Shown piece by piece: positions 39,105 to 47,940 of a stretch of DNA of 53,902 nucleotides. Position 1 is the first letter of the stretch. Each line of letters opens with the position of its first letter. The position numbers and the translations under genes were made by a program. The DNA lies in the IMG/VR virus record IMGVR_UViG_3300032296_000199, positions 1 through 53,902 of that record; one strand, given 5' to 3'. The notes below the pieces were generated by a model. The model did not search any database. It was not told the origin of the DNA and worked only from the letters and a program-made list of their open reading frames with translations. This stretch comes from a virus. Its lineage: Duplodnaviria > Caudoviricetes.

Positions 39105-39140
39105 AAAAAAAACCCGCCAGACCTTTCGATCTGGCGGGTT
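39105..39140 (-). terminator. Rho-independent terminator
   Basis: Minus strand AACCCGCCAGAtc-gaaa-ggTCTGGCGGGTT followed by a T-run. Confidence 0.85.
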
Positions 39141-39151
39141 GGCTTGCTAAG

Positions 39152-39757
39152 TTACTTGCTTAGCGCAGTCTTGAAGGCATCGATTGCCATTCGCAGTTTC
39201 ACTTCGGTTGGTGCAGTGGCGTCATTGCGCGCCAGTGCAGTCTTGCATCGGGCTTTCATTGTGTCGAAAGTATCTTTCTCGAAGTCTGTCCAAACCTTCG
39301 CTTGGATGCGCTCTCTGACCTTTCCCTTGTCCAACTCTTTACGCACTGCGCGTTTCAAGTCTGACATTCGGTTGCTGACATACTTGCTGAAATCGTCGCG
39401 TATGCCCTTGATCACGCCATGCTTGACTGGGTTATCAGTCTTGATCTGACCGAAGGCTTGCTGACTGTAGGACAAGCAATATGCCAGACTGACACTATGC
39501 ATGCCCTTGTCATTCGGCACCCATTCGTCAGAGTAAGTTACAGCAGGGTGCAACTCTTGCCAACGAAGCGCCCATCCTGATTTCAATTCTGCACCAACTT
39601 CGTCAGAATACGAATTCAGAAAATCAGGGCATTTGCTGATCACGAATGACGCCACATTTGTCATGCGCTCACCCGAAAGGGCAGACTGATAACCCGCATC
39701 CTTGAAAGTATTGATGACAATTTCAGCGGATTCAACTACAGATTTTGCTTTTGACAT
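39152..39757 (-). CDS. Hypothetical early protein in its own transcription unit
   Basis: SD AGGAG; flanked by a promoter and a terminator. Confidence 0.8.
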   Translation of the reverse strand: MSKAKSVVESAEIVINTFKDAGYQSALSGERMTNVASFVISKCPDFLNSYSDEVGAELKSGWALRWQELHPAVTYSDEWVPNDKGMHSVSLAYCLSYSQQAFGQIKTDNPVKHGVIKGIRDDFSKYVSNRMSDLKRAVRKELDKGKVRERIQAKVWTDFEKDTFDTMKARCKTALARNDATAPTEVKLRMAIDAFKTALSK

Positions 39758-39824
39758 TTAAGTCTCCTATAAAAAAGCAATTTACAAAATATCAGGCAAA
39801 CCGAATTGTCTGTCTGATGTATAA

Positions 39825-39854
39825 GTTATACCTGATGCACCCTTGATAAAGCAA
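39825..39854 (-). promoter_or_regulatory. Sigma70-type early promoter TTGCTT-18-TATAAC
   Basis: Shares CATCAG(G/C)TATAACT with the promoter at 40458-40487. Confidence 0.6.
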
Positions 39855-39946
39855 ATTTTCACGGCATGGTGAATTTATAACCTAGAGGTCAGGCACGCAC
39901 ACGCCTTCGCGCGGCGACAAATAACTGGTATCAATTCTCGGGGCAC

Positions 39947-39975
39947 AAAAAAAAGAGGAGGCCGAAGCCTCCTCT
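39947..39975 (-). terminator. Rho-independent terminator (cUUCGg loop)
   Basis: Minus strand AGAGGAGGC-TTCG-GCCTCCTCT followed by TTTTTTT. Confidence 0.88.
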
Positions 39976-39976
39976 G

Positions 39977-40183
39977 TCACCGCTTGAAGTAGTCGCTAGG
40001 CAACTTGCTAAACGGTATGTCATCAAACTTGGCGCAAAAGATTGCACGCATCACTTGATTGTTGACCATCATCCTGAACATCCGATGGTTCTGAAGCAGA
40101 CTGAATGGGCGCTTCTCCTTTGCGGCTTCGTATGTTGCATGACGAACCCACACTCTCCAGACATTGTCTTGTCCTACTGTCAT
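39977..40183 (-). CDS. Small early protein
   Basis: SD AGGAG; ends just before a terminator. Confidence 0.7.
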   Translation of the reverse strand: MTVGQDNVWRVWVRHATYEAAKEKRPFSLLQNHRMFRMMVNNQVMRAIFCAKFDDIPFSKLPSDYFKR

Positions 40184-40195
40184 ATCGTTCTCCTA

Positions 40196-40220
40196 TAAAG
40201 AAGAGGGGCCGAAGCCCCTC
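40196..40220 (-). terminator. Hairpin / weak terminator (cUUCGg loop)
   Basis: Minus strand GAGGGGC-TTCG-GCCCCTC followed by TTCTTT. Confidence 0.65.
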
Positions 40221-40223
40221 GTG

Positions 40224-40412
40224 TTACCACTCGCCGCGAGCCGCGACCAGTCTGCCTCTGATGCCAATCAGCACCGTCGTGTTAGCGAGCCGATACTGCT
40301 TAGCCCACGTCAGCGCCTCATTCATCGTGTATGCATAATGAACGAAGAGCTTATCTTCCCACTGCACTACAACCTTGTAGTGCGACAACCAAACCCACAA
40401 TGACTTGATCAT
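40224..40412 (-). CDS. First leftward early gene, small hypothetical protein
   Basis: SD AGGAG; downstream of the promoter at 40458-40487. Confidence 0.7.
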   Translation of the reverse strand: MIKSLWVWLSHYKVVVQWEDKLFVHYAYTMNEALTWAKQYRLANTTVLIGIRGRLVAARGEW

Positions 40413-40457
40413 TCGATTCTCCTAATCTGCATTGCACTATTGCTCTGCATTGATATA

Positions 40458-40487
40458 GTTATAGCTGATGGGGTACGGCATTTGCAA
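40458..40487 (-). promoter_or_regulatory. Sigma70-type early promoter TTGCAA-18-TATAAC
   Basis: Near-consensus hexamers; same spacer length and CATCAG motif as 39825-39854. Confidence 0.6.
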
Positions 40488-40697
40488 ATCCTGACGGCTT
40501 GACCCCACCTATACCGGCCCCCCCAATCTTGCGAGCTGGTTCCATCGCCCCCTATACACTAAGACTTGCACAAATCACCACACATTTTCCCAGTCTTTCA
40601 GACACCCCCCACCCCTTCCTTTTCTCCGCACTGTTGCTTGTCAAGTTTTTACAGGAAACACCCCCCTATAGGATTCCTACCACCCTTTACAAATATG

Positions 40698-40706
40698 TGG
40701 TATATT
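40698..40706 (+). promoter_or_regulatory. Candidate extended -10 promoter (TGGTATATT) for the packaging/late operon
   Basis: TGn plus 5/6 -10, upstream of the first rightward gene. Confidence 0.4.
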
Positions 40707-40725
40707 TATTCCCGTTGGGGTAACT

Positions 40726-41355
40726 GTGCAAAGGCTTTTTAAGCTTGCGGACGAGCAGCCAACCCAACACCATTTAACGGAGTGCCACTTTCCTCCTATG
40801 CTAGAAAACATACCAGACGTTGAAGAGAACGTACCATTGCCAGCCTCGGCTACTGAGGCTATGCCCGAGCTTTCCCCAAAGGAAGAGTTAGACATGATGG
40901 CTAGAACAGCCAAGATGTTGTCGGACATAACAGGGCAACCCCTTGCCCCAACACAAGAACACCGTGGTCAGGCTATGCAATTAGCCGAACAGGTCATTGC
41001 GAACAAGACAGACATGAATCTGGCGCAGTATCCCAATGAGACGATTGCCTATTTAGCAGGCATGGTGGCTCAGTATGACTATATGGTTGTACGGGAACTT
41101 GCAGATTTGAAAAAGTACGTCGTAAACAAACTCTTACAAGACACTGACAACCCAGATCCCAAGTACAGGATTGCTGCGGTGAAGGCTTTAGGAGAAGTAG
41201 ATGGCGTTGATGCGTTTAAAAAGCGCTCAGAAGTCACAATTAAGCACCAATCCATTGAAGAAGTGGAAAACGAACTGCTTGCGACTTTACAAAGACTGGA
41301 AAAACGCACAATTGACGTTCAGGCCAAGGTTGTAACCAATGAAAATAACGCCTGA
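40726..41355 (+). CDS. Putative terminase small subunit (start uncertain; ATG 40798 is an alternative)
   Basis: Immediately upstream of and overlapping terL; helical, with an RIAAVKALGE...F....EVTI pattern. Confidence 0.6.
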   Translation: MQRLFKLADEQPTQHHLTECHFPPMLENIPDVEENVPLPASATEAMPELSPKEELDMMARTAKMLSDITGQPLAPTQEHRGQAMQLAEQVIANKTDMNLAQYPNETIAYLAGMVAQYDYMVVRELADLKKYVVNKLLQDTDNPDPKYRIAAVKALGEVDGVDAFKKRSEVTIKHQSIEEVENELLATLQRLEKRTIDVQAKVVTNENNA

Positions 41356-42844
41356 ACAGATAAAACTCATCCGAGATGCCCTGCCATTCATGGCGGAAGA
41401 GGATAAACGTCGTAATTTGGAGCTTTTAAAGATTTACGACAGTGAATCTGTACAAGATGTGGGTAAAAATGACTTCCTTACCTTCATTGACCACGTATAT
41501 CCGGGCTATAAAGTAGGCCCACACCATAGAAGACTGGCCAAAATCTTTGAAGACATCGCAAATGGCAAGAAAAGGCGTGTAATTGTCAATATTGCCCCCC
41601 GTCATGGTAAGTCTGAGATGATTTCTTACCTTGCTCCGGCATGGTTTCTAGGTAAATACCCTCATAAAAAGGTCATTATGGCCTCTCACACAGCGGATTT
41701 GGCGGTCAATTTTGGCCGTAGAGTGCGTAATTTGGTGGGTTCTGATCCCTATAAAGACATCTTTCCGCAAGTCGAATTGCAGTCAGATTCCAAGTCAGCC
41801 TCGCGTTGGGGCACTAATTTCCAAGGAGAATACTTTGCTATTGGTGTCGGAGGTGCTCTTGCTGGTCGTGGCGCTGATTTATTTATTATTGACGACCCTC
41901 ATTCGGAACAAGATGCTAAGACTGGGAGACCGGACGTTTTCCTTCCTGCTTGGGAGTGGTTTCAGTCTGGCCCTCTCCAGCGTCTTATGCCGGGTGGCTC
42001 TATCATTATCGTGATGACTCGCTGGAGTAAGCTTGACTTGACAGGGATGATTGTCAACCAGATGGGCAAAGAGGAAGATGTAGATCAATGGGAGATTGTC
42101 GAGTTCCCTGCCATCCTCAATGAGAAGCCGCTATGGGGGGACTTCTGGTCGCTCGAAGAACTACTGGGTAAAAAAGCAGGTATGGATCCCCGCTACTGGC
42201 AAGCCCAGTACATGCAGAATCCTGTCTCGGAAGAGGGCGCTTTACTAAAGAGAGAATGGTGGCAGATATGGGAGAAGGATGATCCGCCCAACTGCGAGTT
42301 CACCATCATGAGTCTTGATGCGGCGCAGGAGACCAACAACAGGGCTGACTACAACGCACTGACGACGTGGGGTGTGTTCTTCAACGAAGAGACAAACAAC
42401 TACAACATCATCTTACTTAATGCAATCAAGAAGAGGATGGAGTTCCCTGATTTGAAGAAGCTTGTGCTTGAAGAATTTAAGGAATGGGAGCCTGATGCGT
42501 TTGTTGTGGAGAAGAAATCCAACGGAGCAGCGCTTTATCAGGAGCTTCGTCGCATGGGTGTTCCCGTGGGGGAGTTTACTCCGGGCAAAGGACAGGACAA
42601 AATATCGCGTGTGAATGCTGTGTCAGATCTACTAGCGTCTGGCATAGTATGGGCACCTGACCGAAGATGGGCAAAAGAAGTTATTGAGGAATGCAATGAC
42701 TTTCCATCTGGCACTAATGATGACTTGGTTGACTCAACAACTCAGGCGTTAATGCGGTTTAGACAAGGCGGGTTCATACGGTTGCCGACTGATGAGCCTG
42801 AAGAAATTAAATACTTTCGCCGTAGAACAGCGGCGTACTACTGA
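41339..42844 (+). CDS. terL: Terminase large subunit
   Basis: Walker A APRHGKS, Walker B FIIDDP, coupling motif MTRW, nuclease motifs SLDAA and DDLVDS. Confidence 0.95.
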   Translation: MKITPEQIKLIRDALPFMAEEDKRRNLELLKIYDSESVQDVGKNDFLTFIDHVYPGYKVGPHHRRLAKIFEDIANGKKRRVIVNIAPRHGKSEMISYLAPAWFLGKYPHKKVIMASHTADLAVNFGRRVRNLVGSDPYKDIFPQVELQSDSKSASRWGTNFQGEYFAIGVGGALAGRGADLFIIDDPHSEQDAKTGRPDVFLPAWEWFQSGPLQRLMPGGSIIIVMTRWSKLDLTGMIVNQMGKEEDVDQWEIVEFPAILNEKPLWGDFWSLEELLGKKAGMDPRYWQAQYMQNPVSEEGALLKREWWQIWEKDDPPNCEFTIMSLDAAQETNNRADYNALTTWGVFFNEETNNYNIILLNAIKKRMEFPDLKKLVLEEFKEWEPDAFVVEKKSNGAALYQELRRMGVPVGEFTPGKGQDKISRVNAVSDLLASGIVWAPDRRWAKEVIEECNDFPSGTNDDLVDSTTQALMRFRQGGFIRLPTDEPEEIKYFRRRTAAYY

Positions 42845-42852
42845 GGACAGAT

Positions 42853-45267
42853 ATGGCTACCAGCAACATTGACAAAGCTCTTTACCCCGCTGACGGCGGA
42901 CTCCCAGAATTACTGGGTATGGAGGAGCCTGCACTTGAGATTGAGATTGAGAACCCTGACTCGGTAACTTTGGCTGATGGCTCTATGGAGATTACGCTTG
43001 AGCCGGGCAAAGAAGTCAGTGATGACTTTAGTAAGAACTTGGCTGAAGACATGGACGACAGTGAGTTGGGTGCTCTTGCGTCTGAACTGATGGAGTATGT
43101 TGATGCCGACATTAACTCTCGTAAAGATTGGACTGAGACCTATGTCAAAGGTCTTGAAGTATTAGGGATGAAGTATGAGGAAAGAACGGAACCTTGGAAT
43201 GGGGCTTGTGGAGTATTTTCAACCGTTCTTACTGAGGCCGCAATCCGCTTCCAGAGCGAAACTATCACTGAAACGTTTCCTGCTCAAGGCCCAGTCAAAA
43301 CGGAAATTATCGGCGCAATTGATCGCCTTAAAGAAGAGGCGGCAAACCGGGTTCGGGAGGATATGAACTATCGCCTCACCGAGCAGATGCCCGAGTACAG
43401 ACCAGAGCATGAACGCATGCTGTTTAACTTGGGACTTGCTGGTTCAGCCTTTAAGAAAGTGTACTACGACCCGGGTCTGAGAAGGCAGGTGTCTTTGTTT
43501 GTTCCTGCTGAAGATGTGATCATCCCCTATGGCTCAAGCGGAGCAAGAACTGCTGAGCGTGTGACGCACTTGATGCGTAAGACAAAGAATGATGTAAAAA
43601 AGCTACAGGTCAATGGTTTTTATCGTGATGTTGATTTGGGCGAGCCTGTTCAGATTCATACTGATGTCGAGAAGAAAAAGGCTGAAGAGCAGGGCTATTC
43701 AGTCAATGAGGATGACCGCTATCAGATCGCTGAGATTCAAGTCGATTGGAACTTGAAAGGTTATGAGCAGGAAGATGACATTGCCCTGCCTTACATCATT
43801 GCGATTGATCGTGGCACAAATAAAGTTTTAGCTATCTACCGTAACTGGGAAGAGGATGATGAGACTTATGCGAAACGTCAGCACTTGGTTCAGTACGATT
43901 ACGTACCGGGCTTTGGAGCTTATGGCATGGGTCTCATCCATATTATTGGTGGTTACGCTCGCGCTGGCACTTCTCTTATCAGGCAACTTATTGATGCAGG
44001 TACTCTTAGTAATTTACCGGGGGGCATGAAGTCTCGCGGTCTGCGTGTTAAGGGTGACGATACACCGATTGCACCGGGCGAGTTTAGAGATGTAGACGTA
44101 CCAAGCGGCTCGATCAAAGACAACATCATGATGCTCCCGTACAAGGAGCCGTCACAGGTGTTGGCAGCACTGCTGAACCAGATCACAGAAGAAGGTCGTC
44201 GCCTTGGCTCTATTGCTGACATGAAGGTCAGTGACATGAGTGCGCAGGCTCCTGTGGGTACAACGCTTGCTCTCTTGGAGCGGCAGCTTAAGATCATGGG
44301 TGCGGTGCAAGCCCGTGTTCACAACTCGATGAAAGAGGAGTTCAAGCTCCTTAAGAACATTATTAGAGATCACGCGCCCGCGAGCTACGACTACGACCCA
44401 GTAGCGGGTGATCCTGCCGCGATGCAGGCTGATTACGACATGGTTGAAGTTATACCTGTCAGTGATCCCAATAGCTCTACGATGGCTCAACGCATCATGC
44501 AGTATCAGGCTGTAATGCAGTTGGCGGCTCAAGCACCTCAGATTTACGACCTTCCAATTTTGCATAGGCAAATGATTGAAGTGCTGGGTGTGAAGAATGC
44601 TGAGAAGCTTGTGCCGATTGATGACGACATGACACCGCGTGATCCGATCAGTGAGAACATGGCGTTCTTGCGAGGAGAACCTACGAAAGCGTTTATCTAT
44701 CAGGATCATGACGCACACATCGCGGCTCATACAACGTTCATGCAGGATCCAATGATCATGCAGACGATGGGGCAGAACCCTGCGGCTCAGCAGATGATGG
44801 GGGCAATCATGGCTCACATTGCTGAACACTTGGCGTTTGCGTATCGCCGTAAGATTGAAGAGCAGTTGGGCGTACCCCTCCCACCACCCAACGAGAAACT
44901 TCCTGAAGAAGTTGAGGTTCAGTTGTCTCAGCTTGTGGCGCAGGCATCAGTACAGTTGCTCCAGCAGAACATGGCTCAGATGCAAGAGAAGAAGAACCAG
45001 CAGATGCAGCAAGATCCCCTCATCCAGATGCAGCAGGCTGAACTCCAGATCAAGGCACAAGAAGCACAGACCCGTGCGCAGAAGACTCAGGCTGACATCC
45101 AGTTGGCTCAAGAGAAACTCAAGCTTGAGGCTCAACGCATCATGATGGACATGCAGAAAGAGCAGCAACGTGTGACCTCACAAGAGCGTCAGACTACTCA
45201 GAAGCTTAAGGCTGACATGGTTAAGAACATCGTTAAACCACAACCGAAACCGGGAGGTGTTAGATGA
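42853..45267 (+). CDS. Portal protein (P22-like, with Gln-rich C-terminal barrel)
   Basis: 804 aa directly after terL; G.AFKKVYYD motif; long Q/M-rich coiled-coil tail. Confidence 0.88.
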   Translation: MATSNIDKALYPADGGLPELLGMEEPALEIEIENPDSVTLADGSMEITLEPGKEVSDDFSKNLAEDMDDSELGALASELMEYVDADINSRKDWTETYVKGLEVLGMKYEERTEPWNGACGVFSTVLTEAAIRFQSETITETFPAQGPVKTEIIGAIDRLKEEAANRVREDMNYRLTEQMPEYRPEHERMLFNLGLAGSAFKKVYYDPGLRRQVSLFVPAEDVIIPYGSSGARTAERVTHLMRKTKNDVKKLQVNGFYRDVDLGEPVQIHTDVEKKKAEEQGYSVNEDDRYQIAEIQVDWNLKGYEQEDDIALPYIIAIDRGTNKVLAIYRNWEEDDETYAKRQHLVQYDYVPGFGAYGMGLIHIIGGYARAGTSLIRQLIDAGTLSNLPGGMKSRGLRVKGDDTPIAPGEFRDVDVPSGSIKDNIMMLPYKEPSQVLAALLNQITEEGRRLGSIADMKVSDMSAQAPVGTTLALLERQLKIMGAVQARVHNSMKEEFKLLKNIIRDHAPASYDYDPVAGDPAAMQADYDMVEVIPVSDPNSSTMAQRIMQYQAVMQLAAQAPQIYDLPILHRQMIEVLGVKNAEKLVPIDDDMTPRDPISENMAFLRGEPTKAFIYQDHDAHIAAHTTFMQDPMIMQTMGQNPAAQQMMGAIMAHIAEHLAFAYRRKIEEQLGVPLPPPNEKLPEEVEVQLSQLVAQASVQLLQQNMAQMQEKKNQQMQQDPLIQMQQAELQIKAQEAQTRAQKTQADIQLAQEKLKLEAQRIMMDMQKEQQRVTSQERQTTQKLKADMVKNIVKPQPKPGGVR

Positions 45268-45455
45268 ACGAGATAGAACTGCTTAAGAAGCAGAATGACG
45301 AATTTCGCCAACAGGCGATAGACAAACTTGCTACTGGCGGAGTCAAAGACTACGCAGAGTATCGAGAATTGGTAGGGGTTATTAGAGGTCTTGACCATGC
45401 CAATTACAACCTTCAAGACCTCAAACAACGTATAGAAAGACTAAACGATGAGTGA
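45264..45455 (+). CDS. Small conserved protein after portal
   Basis: G...DY.EYR..VG.IRGL motif; ATGA overlap. Confidence 0.7.
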   Translation: MNEIELLKKQNDEFRQQAIDKLATGGVKDYAEYRELVGVIRGLDHANYNLQDLKQRIERLNDE

Positions 45456-45852
45456 AATACTCGTAAGCCAAGACGGTGCCACAGCCACTGTACTTCCCGC
45501 GACGGCTGAAGAGAAAGCTAAGCAGGTTCCTGATCCTGCTACTTTTCATATTCTTTGCATGCTTCCCAAAGCAGAAGAAGAATTTAGTGAATCCGGCATC
45601 CTTAAATCCGCTACTGCCATGTACCACGAGGAGCTTCTTTCCCCCGTGTTATTCGTAGCCAAAATAGGGCCAGATGCATTTAAAGATGAAAAGAGGTTTC
45701 CTTCCGGGCCTGCGTGCCAAGTTGGAGATTTCATTATCACCCGCCCCAATACTGGCACCCGTATGAAAATACATGGTACAGAGTGGCGTTTGATCAATGA
45801 TGACTCTATCCAAGCAGTTGTTCAAGACCCTCGCGGTATTCAACGCCCATAA
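45448..45852 (+). CDS. GroES/Cpn10-like co-chaperonin
   Basis: P...IL, mobile-loop-like SESGIL, V..IGPDA, VGD.I and RLINDDSIQAVV. Confidence 0.75.
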   Translation: MSEILVSQDGATATVLPATAEEKAKQVPDPATFHILCMLPKAEEEFSESGILKSATAMYHEELLSPVLFVAKIGPDAFKDEKRFPSGPACQVGDFIITRPNTGTRMKIHGTEWRLINDDSIQAVVQDPRGIQRP

Positions 45853-45861
45853 GGAGAAATC

Positions 45862-46827
45862 ATGGCTAATTTTGAAAAAACAGAATATCACTTCCCAGAT
45901 GAGATAGAAGAAGCCGAGAAAAAGGCTAATCGTTCTCTAAAGTCTAAAGATGACGAGTTTGACATTGAGATTGTTGACGATACGCCACCCGCAGACAGAA
46001 ACCGTGGTGAACCACTAGATACACCACCTGAAGAAGTCACCGATGAGGAACTTGACAAATATACTGATGTCAAACTCAAGGAGCGACTATCTAAATTAGG
46101 TCGCGGGTATCACGACGAAAGACGAGCCAAAGAAGCAGCTTATCGTGAAAAAGAAGAAGCTTTGCGTCTGGCGCAGTCTGTTGTTGAAGAGAATAAGAAG
46201 CTTAAAGGTACGCTCAGTACTAGCCAAGAAGCCTTATTGGAGCAGGCCAAACGGACTGTTTCAGCAGAGGTAGAAGAGGCTAAACGAGACTACAAGAATG
46301 CTTATGAGGCTGGGGACTCAGATGCTTTGGTTGCAGCGCAGGACAAACTAACCTCCGCCAAGATCAAATCGGAGCGAGTAAATAATTTTAAACCCGCCCC
46401 TTTACAAGATAATAAATCTGATGTACAAACTCAACAAATCGCGCAAGCAAACGCGGTTGATCCTAAAGCAGCCGACTGGCAAGCCCGGAATGGCTGGTTT
46501 GGGAAAGACCGTGAAATGACCGGCTATGCGCTTGCGTTGCATGAGAAGCTGGTCGTAGAGGATGGTGTTGATCCTAAGTCGGATGAGTATTACCGGAAGC
46601 TCAACGGCAGGATTCGCCAAGTGTTCCCAGAGAGGTTTGCCTCTGAGGACTACGCTGATGCACAAACATCTCAGCGCTCGCCAAAAGCAAATGTTGTTGC
46701 ACCAGCAACGCGCAGCACTGCACCTAAGAAAATCGTGCTGAATGCAACGCAGGTACAACTAGCCAAACGGCTTGGCATCTCCTTGGAGAGCTATGCTCGT
46801 GAGGTAGCGAAAGAAATGAGGAAATAA
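45862..46827 (+). CDS. Putative capsid scaffolding protein
   Basis: Acidic N-terminus, central coiled coil, W...N.WF, and C-terminal QVQLAKRLGISLESYA; between portal and capsid genes. Confidence 0.7.
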   Translation: MANFEKTEYHFPDEIEEAEKKANRSLKSKDDEFDIEIVDDTPPADRNRGEPLDTPPEEVTDEELDKYTDVKLKERLSKLGRGYHDERRAKEAAYREKEEALRLAQSVVEENKKLKGTLSTSQEALLEQAKRTVSAEVEEAKRDYKNAYEAGDSDALVAAQDKLTSAKIKSERVNNFKPAPLQDNKSDVQTQQIAQANAVDPKAADWQARNGWFGKDREMTGYALALHEKLVVEDGVDPKSDEYYRKLNGRIRQVFPERFASEDYADAQTSQRSPKANVVAPATRSTAPKKIVLNATQVQLAKRLGISLESYAREVAKEMRK

Positions 46828-46829
46828 AA

Positions 46830-47297
46830 ATGGCTGAACAAAATCGATTGAAACGTGAACTTGAGACTCGTGAAAAAGAGAGCAGACCTGCTGCAAAGTG
46901 GACTCCGCCTCAACTTCTTCCAGAAGTGGATGAGGAACCTGGTTACGCTATGAGATGGATTCGCACCAGCATGGGTGGTGTGGGTGACGCTAGAAATGTT
47001 TCCGCAAAACTTCGCGAAGGATGGGAGCCCGTAAAGGCTTCTGATCACCCTGAAGCGCATACATTTGCCGATCCAAATTCTCGGTTTAAAGATGCGATTG
47101 AAGTCGGTGGACTTATCCTTTGTAAAACACCTGTTGAATTTATTGAACAACGCGATGCACACTATCGGAAACTCTCCGATGCGCAAATGCAGTCAGTAGA
47201 TAACAGCTTCATGCGCGAAAGCGACGCTCGTATGCCCCTGTTTAGCGATAAACGCACGACAGTGACTAAGGGTTCAGTTTTCGGTTCTGGGTCTTAA
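46830..47297 (+). CDS. Conserved head-region protein
   Basis: RWIR...N....REGWEPV...GGLILCK motif; SD GAGG. Confidence 0.7.
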   Translation: MAEQNRLKRELETREKESRPAAKWTPPQLLPEVDEEPGYAMRWIRTSMGGVGDARNVSAKLREGWEPVKASDHPEAHTFADPNSRFKDAIEVGGLILCKTPVEFIEQRDAHYRKLSDAQMQSVDNSFMRESDARMPLFSDKRTTVTKGSVFGSGS

Positions 47298-47312
47298 TTT
47301 TGGAGTCTAACG

Positions 47313-47927
47313 ATGGCATATCCTACCATTGACAAGACGTATGGTTTCAAGCCAGTCAATCGACTGGATGGTCTACCCTACGCCGGAGCGATCCGTCAAA
47401 TCCCAATCGCCCCTTCCTACGCAACAGCGATCCTGAACGGTGACACCGTCAAGGTGGACACTAACGGCTACATTGTGGCTGCTAGTACTACCGACTCAGG
47501 TAGCATCATTGGTGTGTTGGTTGGATGTTCTTACATCAATTCGTTGAGTCAACCTACGTTTTCGCAAGCTTACCCAGCTTCTACGTCAACTTCAACAAAC
47601 ATGGCTTTTGCCTTTGTTGTGGATGATCCTAGTGCTGTGTTCCGTGTTTGCGCTACTGTCGTTGGTTCCACCACTCCCCCAGCTTATAGCCGTGCGATTG
47701 TTGGTTCTAACGTAGCTTTGGTCGCCAACGTTGGTTCTACCACCACTGGTGATTCGTATTACGGTATTGACGGTTCTTCCGCCAACACTACTAATACACT
47801 CCCCGTTCGTGTTGTTGACGTTGTGCCCGATACTGCGACTGGTTCTGCCAGCGTAGCCGCCACGACCTATTACGAGTTCCTCGTTAAGTTCAACACCGCG
47901 CAGTACAACAGTACAACCGGTATTTAA
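47313..47927 (+). CDS. Putative capsid decoration/minor capsid protein
   Basis: Beta-rich, YGFKPV...GD.V...V.DDP; immediately upstream of the major capsid gene. Confidence 0.6.
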   Translation: MAYPTIDKTYGFKPVNRLDGLPYAGAIRQIPIAPSYATAILNGDTVKVDTNGYIVAASTTDSGSIIGVLVGCSYINSLSQPTFSQAYPASTSTSTNMAFAFVVDDPSAVFRVCATVVGSTTPPAYSRAIVGSNVALVANVGSTTTGDSYYGIDGSSANTTNTLPVRVVDVVPDTATGSASVAATTYYEFLVKFNTAQYNSTTGI

Positions 47928-47940
47928 GGAGTAACTTAAA

